A DNA stretch of 64,000 bases from an uncultured virus (IMG/VR IMGVR_UViG_3300047471_000190). Its lineage: Duplodnaviria > Heunggongvirae > Uroviricota > Caudoviricetes. The position numbers and the translations under genes are program-made. Positions within the stretch are counted from its first letter, which is position 1; each line of letters begins with the position of its first letter. Location: IMG/VR virus record IMGVR_UViG_3300047471_000190. One strand, written 5' to 3'. Shown piece by piece: positions 56,832 to 64,000 of this stretch. The notes beneath the pieces are model-generated. The model was given only the letters and a program-made list of their open reading frames with translations. It made no database searches and had not been told where the DNA came from.

Positions 56832-57205
56832 CGAAAGCGAACTGCTCTTATTGTTGTCGCGGATGATGTTGCAGACGCGCACGCACGCAATGCCGTTATT
56901 CGATCCAGGTCTCGATCAGGGCCTGCGAACCCTGACCGAAAAAATCCGAGCAGCTCGGTATGATGCTGCAGACGAGGAGAAGCATCTTGCCAGAGGCTAA
57001 AAAATACACGGCGGAACATATCCGAGATATTTCCGAGAGGGTCTACCGCCACCGGCTCGGCAAAGACGATGTCGCTATCATGATCGCAAAGGACGGCGAC
57101 AATGGCGAGAAGCTGCGCAGTCGCTGCAGCCACTACGACGACCTGGTGCGAGATATTCTCGCCGTTGGAATCATCTGAAAATCGCCACGCTCCATGGAGG
57201 AAGAC

Positions 57206-58471
57206 ATGAAGACAGATACCCCGAAGACCTATCGCCTCGTCCGACTCGAGGCCAGTAATTTCCAAATTTTAAAGGCCGTCAGCATCAAGATCGACGGCAC
57301 GGTTCTGAAGATCAACGGCCGTAACGGGCAAGGCAAGTCATCGATTCTCAATGCCGTGGCCGCGGCGATCGGCGGCAAGGATGCATTCCCGGAGAAGCCG
57401 GTACGCGTCGGCGAGGAGAGCGGAGAAATCTTCCTCGACTTCGGCGGCTTGAAGCTGACCAGGAAATTCTGGAACAAGGAAGACGGCGGCTTCACGCAAA
57501 GCCTGCGGCTGGAATATGCCGATGGCCGGCGGCCGAAAGAACCGCAGACAGTGCTCGACACGCTGCGCGGCTCGCCGATCGCGGATGATCCGATCGCATT
57601 CTCGCGATTGAAGCCGAAACAGCGGTACGACCTGCTGAAGCAGCTGGTGCCGGGCGTCGACTTTGACGACATGACCGAGCGCCGAGCGAACCTGACCGAG
57701 GACCGCACGATCGTCGGCCGTGACTTTGACAAGGCCAAGGGTGCGGCGGAATCGATCGTGGTGCCCGACGATGCGCCGGCGGCGCCGGTCGACGTGTCGG
57801 CCCTCGCAACCGAGCTACAACAGGCCTTAGAACTCAATTCCTCGATCGACCGCCGCGCGATACGACGAGAGGAGTTCGCCGAGGCCCTCGAAAGCAAGCG
57901 CGATCGTGCCGACCGGTTGCGAGCCGACCTGAAGCAGCTCGACGCTGAGATCCTCTCCGACCAGGCGGTGATTGATGATGCCGAGGAGCTGCCGACCAAG
58001 ATCGACGTCGGCAGCCTGCAGCAGCAAATGGCGAACATCGAAACCACGAACGCTGCGGCCAGGAAGCGTGCCGAGAGGCAGCTGAAGGTCGCCGAGGTAC
58101 TGCAGCTCGACGAGAAGTACGAAGCGCTGACGTCACAAATAGAGGCGATCGACAAAGCAAAGACTGCTGCGATCGAGAAAGCCAAGCTGCCGGTCGACGG
58201 GTTGACGTTCGGCGACGATGACATCCTTCTCGATGGTCTGCCGTTCGACCAGGCGTCCACCGCGCGCAAGATCCGCGTGTCGACCGCGCTTCTGATGGCG
58301 ATGAAGCCGGAGTTGCGCGTGCTCCTGGTGCGGGAAGGTTCGCTTCTCGATGATGAGGCTCGCGCCGGACTCGAGGCCGTGGCCGCGGAGAACAACTTCG
58401 TCGTGCTGATGGAGTGCGTGGGCGCCGGCGACGGCTCCGGGATTTTAATCGAGAATGGGGAGATCGTTTGA
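57206..58471 (+). CDS. SMC/RecN-like coiled-coil ATPase
   Basis: NF, INGRNGQGKSS Walker A, long coiled coil, AST signature, V.EGSLLD Walker B. Confidence 0.85.
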   Translation: MKTDTPKTYRLVRLEASNFQILKAVSIKIDGTVLKINGRNGQGKSSILNAVAAAIGGKDAFPEKPVRVGEESGEIFLDFGGLKLTRKFWNKEDGGFTQSLRLEYADGRRPKEPQTVLDTLRGSPIADDPIAFSRLKPKQRYDLLKQLVPGVDFDDMTERRANLTEDRTIVGRDFDKAKGAAESIVVPDDAPAAPVDVSALATELQQALELNSSIDRRAIRREEFAEALESKRDRADRLRADLKQLDAEILSDQAVIDDAEELPTKIDVGSLQQQMANIETTNAAARKRAERQLKVAEVLQLDEKYEALTSQIEAIDKAKTAAIEKAKLPVDGLTFGDDDILLDGLPFDQASTARKIRVSTALLMAMKPELRVLLVREGSLLDDEARAGLEAVAAENNFVVLMECVGAGDGSGILIENGEIV

Positions 58472-58776
58472 TGCAAGAATTTCGATGGCTGCCCGAAGAC
58501 CCTACCGCCGAAATGGTGCGCGCCGCCCATAAAGACCAGCCGGACGCTATACAGATTGGTTTCGCGCGGGCCTATCGAACGATGTTCAGGGCTGCGCAGA
58601 AAGTGCAGCACCCGGCTATCCCGGCGTTGCGCGCGCTTGCGATCGTCCCGACACAAAAACCCGGCGTGCAGGCGGTGATTCATGACGGGCATCGCTGCCG
58701 CGTCTGCGCGTCAACGTGGAAACTGAAGCAGCCCGAACAGCACCAGGAATGGTGCGCGCTGAAAGAAACCGCTTAA
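58471..58776 (+). CDS. Hypothetical protein
   Basis: P.DPT.EM..AA motif and C-terminal CxxC..H..C; TGATG coupling. Confidence 0.6.
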   Translation: MQEFRWLPEDPTAEMVRAAHKDQPDAIQIGFARAYRTMFRAAQKVQHPAIPALRALAIVPTQKPGVQAVIHDGHRCRVCASTWKLKQPEQHQEWCALKETA

Positions 58777-59168
58777 CTAGATGGTCGCCGATGAAAGTCA
58801 CGGTTCGGAGAAATAGTGCGGCGGCGCGGGAGCAGATCGCAATCAATGCGCTTTGCCGCGCTCATGCCGACGCTTGCCGTGTCGGAGACCGTCAGCTTGC
58901 CCGTGTGCTCGCAAGTCGCATTGCGCGGGCGTGCCAACGAACTAGCTTAACTCAGCAGAATACGAAGGAAACGTGATGGCAGACAAATCACCAGGCATCG
59001 GAAGCCGTATCTTCATCCTCTGCATGGCTCCGATTGTCTTGGTATGGTGCCTCTTCGATGGCATACGCTTCGGGCTGCGCGAGTTCAAAAATGATTTCAT
59101 GCGGAACTGGAAAACAGGTTCCGGCGTACACACTGATTGTTCCTAACCATCACAGAAAGGTACCGAAG

Positions 59169-59408
59169 ATGGAAAGTGAAGCTCAGAATCTTGTGGTTGA
59201 AATCGCAGGATATGAGGCCGCGTCGAACGCCGGCTCTATCGCGCTCATGTCGCAAGCGATCAGTCTGAAGCGAATCGCGGATGAGATTTGCGGAGTGCCC
59301 TATGATCAGACACTCGGCGCCGACAATAGCAAGCACCGCATGGGGCTTGTCGACGGCATCATGCACGCGATCGAACAGGGCCTGCTTGCCGCCAGCCAGA
59401 GAGGATGA
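59169..59408 (+). CDS. Hypothetical protein
   Basis: AAAGG RBS; AISLKRIAD motif. Confidence 0.55.
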   Translation: MESEAQNLVVEIAGYEAASNAGSIALMSQAISLKRIADEICGVPYDQTLGADNSKHRMGLVDGIMHAIEQGLLAASQRG

Positions 59409-59414
59409 AATATC

Positions 59415-59609
59415 ATGCCGAAGAAATTAGGGTATTGCGAAGACTGCTATTGGTGGGACAATTCGATGTCGAGTTCTCAGTCCGACGTCGAGACAGGCGC
59501 ATGTCGCGGTCGTGCTCCTCGTTCGGATGACCGCACCAGCTTGGCTGTATGGTCGTTTACCGAGCCGAGCGATTGGTGCGGAGACTTCAAACCCGACGAG
59601 CCTTTGTAG
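59415..59609 (+). CDS. Small Cys-rich protein
   Basis: CEDCYWW...GACR..AP...DWCGDF. Confidence 0.7.
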   Translation: MPKKLGYCEDCYWWDNSMSSSQSDVETGACRGRAPRSDDRTSLAVWSFTEPSDWCGDFKPDEPL

Positions 59610-59693
59610 TGGACATCCGGTGCACAACTGAATTGCGGAGTAGACGACGCTCCGCGACTCGCGTCTATGCCACGGCTTCTCCTGGAGGAAGCC

Positions 59694-59891
59694 ATGCCAG
59701 ACGAAGTCCTCGACATCGTGAGTTCGCTTGCAGCAGCATTGCCGAAAGAAGCCGACCCGCGGGACGAGCTGATCGCCCTCGGCATGGTTGCGACCGGCGT
59801 TATCTGCGCTACGGAGCAGGAGTCCCGCGCCGAATTGGTCGAGACTTTTTGCAAGATGCTGCGCAAGGGCGTCGCCGACGAGTTGCATTGA
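59694..59891 (+). CDS. Hypothetical protein
   Basis: GGAGGAAGCC RBS before MPDEV. Confidence 0.6.
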   Translation: MPDEVLDIVSSLAAALPKEADPRDELIALGMVATGVICATEQESRAELVETFCKMLRKGVADELH

Positions 59892-59898
59892 GGGGGCC

Positions 59899-60138
59899 AT
59901 GACCGATTCCGCCAAGCTGAACATTGCGAAGCAGGCAGCAAAACTATTTCTCACTCAGATGGCTTCTGTGCCGGCGGACGTTCAGTTGATGACGGTCGAA
60001 CTGCTCGCGCGGACGATTTTCGAAACCGGCATCAAGGCTGAAAAACGAATCGAACTCGCGGACCAATGGTTCGAGGGCATACGTGATGCCGTCGAGAAAT
60101 CCCTCAAACCGAAAGGCAAGACCAGTGGCAAAAAATGA
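59899..60138 (+). CDS. Hypothetical protein
   Basis: GAGGGGG RBS before MTDSAK. Confidence 0.55.
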   Translation: MTDSAKLNIAKQAAKLFLTQMASVPADVQLMTVELLARTIFETGIKAEKRIELADQWFEGIRDAVEKSLKPKGKTSGKK

Positions 60139-60340
60139 AGTCACCGATGCAGCGATCGGCGCGCTGATACGTGCCAAGCGGCACGAGCGCGGGCTCGGGC
60201 AGCCAGAACTTGCTGACGCGCTCGGCGTCTCGTCGATGATGATCCAGCACTACGAGACCGGCCGCAATTCATTGTCGATCCTGAAGCTGGTCAAGATCGC
60301 CGAGACCCTGAAGTGCAAAACAACGGACCTGATCCCATGA
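60125..60340 (+). CDS. XRE HTH regulator
   Basis: IG..IR..R...GLGQ.ELA.ALGVS..MIQHYETG.N. Confidence 0.85.
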   Translation: MAKNEVTDAAIGALIRAKRHERGLGQPELADALGVSSMMIQHYETGRNSLSILKLVKIAETLKCKTTDLIP

Positions 60341-60588
60341 GTGACCTTCGCAAGGGTGCGTTCTATTGGGCGCGCGTTCGACCGAACGAGCATCTTCCAG
60401 AATCCGAATGGCAGCCGGTGCGCTACACCGGCAAATCAGCCGACACTCATGCTCGCGAGGAAACGCGAGGCGACGAGATCCTGATCGTCGGCTATTCGAC
60501 CGATACATGGGACTTCATCGGGCTTCGCTCAGAAGATGGCCACCACTTCGCCGAAGTGGTCGAGGTTGGCGAGGAGATCGTTCGATGA
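60337..60588 (+). CDS. Hypothetical protein
   Basis: G.FYWAR...W.PV; ATGA coupling. Confidence 0.6.
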   Translation: MSDLRKGAFYWARVRPNEHLPESEWQPVRYTGKSADTHAREETRGDEILIVGYSTDTWDFIGLRSEDGHHFAEVVEVGEEIVR

Positions 60589-60845
60589 GGAGGCTTGCCG
60601 CCACGCTGCTGTCGTTCGCGATGGCCGGCCAATGGGTGACAACTTCCTCCGGCGAGCGCGTGTGTCGGCTTACCCAACCGATCGCGCGCGGCATGACGCT
60701 GCAAGTCAACTTTTGTGAGGACTGGCAGCCCGGTTTCACGGCGCCGAAGGAATATCAGCTGATCCCGTTCTACCAGGGATGGGCGCGCAATCCCTACGGA
60801 GGCTGGCTGCAGATCCATGTCGAAGATGAAGGCTGGGTGCCATGA
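60585..60845 (+). CDS. Hypothetical protein
   Basis: ATGA coupling; GAGGAG RBS. Confidence 0.5.
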   Translation: MRRLAATLLSFAMAGQWVTTSSGERVCRLTQPIARGMTLQVNFCEDWQPGFTAPKEYQLIPFYQGWARNPYGGWLQIHVEDEGWVP

Positions 60846-61027
60846 CAGCGCGCAGCAGGACCGAACTCGAGCAGGATGGCGAGACGCCAGAAACGATTCG
60901 TTCGGCACTCGACGCGCTGGATCAGCTGAAGCCTCCGTCAGCAAAGTGGGCTGCTGACATTCTCGCCAATCGAAACGAGCTGCTGCAGGAGCTGCGCACG
61001 ATCGAGACGCAAGGGAATCTGTTCTGA
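60842..61027 (+). CDS. Hypothetical protein
   Basis: Coupled on both sides. Confidence 0.55.
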   Translation: MTARSRTELEQDGETPETIRSALDALDQLKPPSAKWAADILANRNELLQELRTIETQGNLF

Positions 61028-61458
61028 TGGTCGCCTATTCATACAAGAAACGCTTTGTCCCAGCGATAGCGCTCGGTCTCGATTTGAACCTGAATCCAGA
61101 TGAGCTGCCGTGGTTGGTCGGGCTACCGATCGCCGCCGGCGTTGAGATCCGCCCAAAGCGACAGACCATCCGCGCCGATCGCAAGCGCCATGCTCGGCCA
61201 GGAGAGGACCTGCAGCACTACTGCGGCATGCGCACCAAAGGGTGCTTCCTGATCGGCCGCGCGCGGTGTGTCTACACGGTGCCGATCACAATCGAAGTTC
61301 TGAAGACTAAATTGAAATTTTCCGACTTCGTATTTGATGCTGACGCTTTTGCGCAGTCTGACGGGTTTTCCGATGCTGACGACATGCACGACTTCTGGCT
61401 GAGGGAGCACGGACCCGGCAAATTCGAAGGCGTTCTGATCCGGTGGGAACCCATTTAG
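61027..61458 (+). CDS. ASCH/PUA-like domain protein
   Basis: KRQTIR, GEDLQHYCGMRTK, FAQSDGF...M..FW. Confidence 0.75.
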   Translation: MVAYSYKKRFVPAIALGLDLNLNPDELPWLVGLPIAAGVEIRPKRQTIRADRKRHARPGEDLQHYCGMRTKGCFLIGRARCVYTVPITIEVLKTKLKFSDFVFDADAFAQSDGFSDADDMHDFWLREHGPGKFEGVLIRWEPI

Positions 61459-61469
61459 GGATGGATGAC

Positions 61470-61488
61470 GACAAACTTTTAGTATAGT
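61470..61488 (-). promoter_or_regulatory. Operator (copy 4, inverted)
   Basis: Minus strand ACTATA-ctaaa-AGTTTGTC; plus-strand TATAGT -10-like box; GGAGGAAGCC RBS downstream. Confidence 0.6.
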
Positions 61489-61522
61489 ACCGACCGACCA
61501 TAACCGGCCAATGGAGGAAGCC

Positions 61523-62623
61523 ATGCCGAAGAATAGCCCAATCGGGCGCATTGACGCTATCTCAACCGAAAAAGTATCTGACTTCAAAACTACGGCCGCG
61601 GCGCTGCAGCTCGTGGACGGCATTTATATCGGCCTGTCGGCGCATCGGTACCACGCTGATGAAGCGCTCGGCTCCAGCGGAATTCGCGATCTGCTTAAAG
61701 GTCCGAATCTGTTCTGGCACAAGTCGCGCATGAATCCGAAGTGGACACCAGACAAACAGACGGAAGGGAAGATCGTCGGTACCGCCACGCATCGCTTGCT
61801 GCTCGATGGCGCTGACCTGTTCAATGCGGAATATGTCCGCGGACCTTATGGGCCCAACGATGACGAACTGTCGTCAGCCGATAAGTCGGCGCTGACCAAA
61901 GCGGCGAAGAAGAAGCTGCTTGAAGGTCAGGAGCTACTGACGCAGGAGAGCTACGATTTTGTTGTCGGCTGCAAAGAAGTCCTCGACTCCGACCCCAAAC
62001 TTGCCGGCTGCCTCGACAACGGCCTGTCCGAGGTTTCGGTTTTCTGGACTCGCCCCGATGGCGTTCGTTGCAAGGCGCGGCTCGACAAGCTGAAGATCCG
62101 CGGCATCGGCGACATCAAGACGATCGCCAACGAGCGCGAGCGACCGCTCGAGCAGGCCTGCCTTCTCGACTTCGCGACCTATCGCTACGACATTCCGGCC
62201 GAGCACTACTCGGAAGGGCGCCGGCAGATGGGCGCATTGCTGGCCGCTGGAAAAGTTTTTGCTGGCGATGATTGTGAGCCCATCGTCGGGCCAAATATGT
62301 TCGGCGATATTGCTGTCATGAAATTTCTGGAGCAATGCGTCGCTTACAAGAACTTCGGCTTCCAGCTGGTGTTCATCCCGAAGAAGGGCGCTCCCGACGC
62401 GTGGTCGACCGTGCTATCGCAGGGCAATCCCATCCTGGTCGGCTCGACCGACCCGCTAGTGGTCGGCGCTCGCGCAGACATCGAGACCGCGATCGAGGCC
62501 TACAAGGCGGCCATGAATCAGTTCGGCCGCGGCAAGCGCTGGCTGCCAGGCCACGACGTCGAAGAACTCGACATCACCGACCTTTCCTACAACTTTGGCA
62601 GACTGCCGAGGAAAGCGCGGTAA
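61523..62623 (+). CDS. PD-(D/E)XK exonuclease VIII/RecE-like (DUF3799-like)
   Basis: YHAD.AL.SS, GTA.H..LL, EVSVFW, CKARLD, DIKT. Confidence 0.85.
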   Translation: MPKNSPIGRIDAISTEKVSDFKTTAAALQLVDGIYIGLSAHRYHADEALGSSGIRDLLKGPNLFWHKSRMNPKWTPDKQTEGKIVGTATHRLLLDGADLFNAEYVRGPYGPNDDELSSADKSALTKAAKKKLLEGQELLTQESYDFVVGCKEVLDSDPKLAGCLDNGLSEVSVFWTRPDGVRCKARLDKLKIRGIGDIKTIANERERPLEQACLLDFATYRYDIPAEHYSEGRRQMGALLAAGKVFAGDDCEPIVGPNMFGDIAVMKFLEQCVAYKNFGFQLVFIPKKGAPDAWSTVLSQGNPILVGSTDPLVVGARADIETAIEAYKAAMNQFGRGKRWLPGHDVEELDITDLSYNFGRLPRKAR

Positions 62624-62624
62624 G

Positions 62625-62783
62625 ATGAAATTTTTCGCATTTCTAATATGGGTAGGCACAGCAGTAGCTTGCGCCTTTGCAGAAATATATCTGCCGGTGC
62701 GCCTAGCGATGCTTGTGGCATTCATATCGGGGCTGACAATCGGATGCACCATAATGGTGATACTGCGGAATCGGAAACCTTGA
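62625..62783 (+). CDS. Small two-TM membrane protein
   Basis: MKFFAFLIW... hydrophobic. Confidence 0.5.
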   Translation: MKFFAFLIWVGTAVACAFAEIYLPVRLAMLVAFISGLTIGCTIMVILRNRKP

Positions 62784-62880
62784 ACTTCTGCCACCGCTGA
62801 AGGCTTTGCACGCCAGAGCGGCACCTGCCGGGGAGGACGCAAATGTCTCCCCGGCCTTTTTCAATTCGAGGAGATGACCG

Positions 62881-63081
62881 ATGGCAACCACTGCAATGAA
62901 CCATGCCGAGAACCCGCTGCTCGGCCGCACGACCGTTCCGACGGGCAGCGCTAAACTGCTTTCTTGGGATGAGCTCGAATCCGCATTGCGTAATGCCGGC
63001 GAGGTTCAACCTGATGAAGCGCTGCCATGCTTTATCGTCGCCGACGAAGGCGTATGGCTCGTGCTGGAAAGCCCACGCTGA
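62881..63081 (+). CDS. Hypothetical protein
   Basis: GAGGAG RBS. Confidence 0.55.
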   Translation: MATTAMNHAENPLLGRTTVPTGSAKLLSWDELESALRNAGEVQPDEALPCFIVADEGVWLVLESPR

Positions 63082-63422
63082 TGCCTCCGATGGGGAAGCC
63101 CCTGAAGAATGACGGCCCGGCCTGCCGCGTATGCGGCTGCACTGCGCACAACGCCTGCCCGGATGCTCGAATCATGCCGCTGACAGCGCAGCAGAAGCGC
63201 GAGCGCTGGTCGCCCATCGCAATGACCTGCTCGTGGGTGAAGACCGAAGCGAACACCCCGCCGCTCTGCTCGGCCTGCAGCGGCACACCGCAGGATCTGG
63301 CCGAGGCCATGGTCCGCGGGCGCCGAATGCTGAAGCAATCCGGAGGACTCGCGGTCGGGCTGCTGATCAAGATCAACGAGGCAGCCCTCGCCAGGTACCG
63401 GGCTCGCCAAAAAAGGGGTTGA
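63081..63422 (+). CDS. Zinc-binding protein (CRVCGCT..NAC...CSW...LCSAC)
   Basis: Cys pattern; TGATG coupling. Confidence 0.7.
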   Translation: MPPMGKPLKNDGPACRVCGCTAHNACPDARIMPLTAQQKRERWSPIAMTCSWVKTEANTPPLCSACSGTPQDLAEAMVRGRRMLKQSGGLAVGLLIKINEAALARYRARQKRG

Positions 63423-63459
63423 TGCCGGCCTCGGACTACTATACTGTGAGTTTAGTTAC
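63419..63459 (+). promoter_or_regulatory. Promoter/operator (copy 5)
   Basis: TTGATG-N17-TACTGT; ACTATA-ctgtg-AGTTTAGTTAC at 63438-63459. Confidence 0.7.
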
Positions 63460-63485
63460 ACCCCACACATGCGGAGGAAGACGCC

Positions 63486-63959
63486 ATGTGGATTTTTCTG
63501 AACGACGCTTTTCTGTCTGTTGTCCACAAAGACTGCGCCAAGGACGAAGTCCTGGTGCGTGCCCGAATCAAGGGCGACATTGAGAAGGTTTTCAACGACG
63601 AGAACCTGTTCAAGGCGAACCCCGGCCTGAAGCCGGTCGAAGTCACTCGCTACACCAAATCCGACTACCTCTATCGCGCCGTCGTGAAGCGCGATCACAT
63701 GCGCGCTGTAATGGCGGCAGAACTCGATCGCGTAGTCTACAGCAACTTCAAGGCCAGCACTCGCGACAACAAGCTGCACAACGCCTACAACGCAGTGTGG
63801 GGCATCATGGCGCGGCTGCAGGAAGTGCCGCCGTACAGCGGCAATCGAACTTCCAGCGGCCTCGGTAGTCTATTCCATGACTTCGGAGACGAAGCCGAAG
63901 TCGCCCCCGCGCCGAAGGCCAAGAAGAAGGCCCCGGCCAAGCTGAAGAAAGGCCAGTGA
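63486..63959 (+). CDS. Conserved-looking phage hypothetical protein
   Basis: MWIF..D.FLSVV, L.VRAR..GDIE..F, DY.YRA, Y.NFK; GGAGG RBS. Confidence 0.75.
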   Translation: MWIFLNDAFLSVVHKDCAKDEVLVRARIKGDIEKVFNDENLFKANPGLKPVEVTRYTKSDYLYRAVVKRDHMRAVMAAELDRVVYSNFKASTRDNKLHNAYNAVWGIMARLQEVPPYSGNRTSSGLGSLFHDFGDEAEVAPAPKAKKKAPAKLKKGQ

Positions 63960-64000
63960 CATGAACCTGTACGATGTTTGGCACGTCAACGTGCCGTCGG

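Larger units (their letters stand above)
146..62783. mobile_element. Myovirus-like phage/prophage (extends beyond the right edge; left boundary not certain)
   Basis: Complete colinear terminase-portal-head-sheath-tube-TMP-baseplate-fibre-lysis module plus replication and early genes; no host housekeeping genes seen. Confidence 0.95.

Overview
The whole window is part of one tailed dsDNA phage or prophage with a contractile tail, probably infecting an alphaproteobacterium (Hyphomicrobiales/Bradyrhizobium-like; inferred from an alpha-r8/suhB-type sRNA, a PraR/PhrR-like XRE gene and a GapR-like gene). The minus strand from about 52.6 kb down to 0.15 kb carries the replication/modification genes (GapR-like, RuvC-like, primase-helicase, three DNA methyltransferases, WYL), terminase, portal, MuF, head, neck, sheath/tube, tape measure, baseplate, fibres and lysis. 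The plus strand carries an inserted small-gene island (40.2-42.5 kb) and the early arm (53.1-64 kb). No integrase, tRNA, rRNA or CRISPR was seen. Main findings: (1) a 1435-aa portal with a C-terminal effector train (HipA/PI3K-like kinase, wHTH, R-S-E ADP-ribosyltransferase) whose domains are flanked by the same A-x-D motifs seen in the capsid, MuF and scaffold proteins, suggesting protease-released, capsid-packaged effectors; (2) several tail/neck-operon proteins with apparent Sec signal peptides; (3) one ~65-aa beta module inserted into three different virion proteins; (4) an MmgR/suhB-like sRNA at the end of the lysis cassette; (5) two non-coding motif families, a 19-bp operator-promoter (5 copies) and a GGGTACGC tandem repeat (2 clusters). 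All family names come from recognising motifs by eye; no database search was run.
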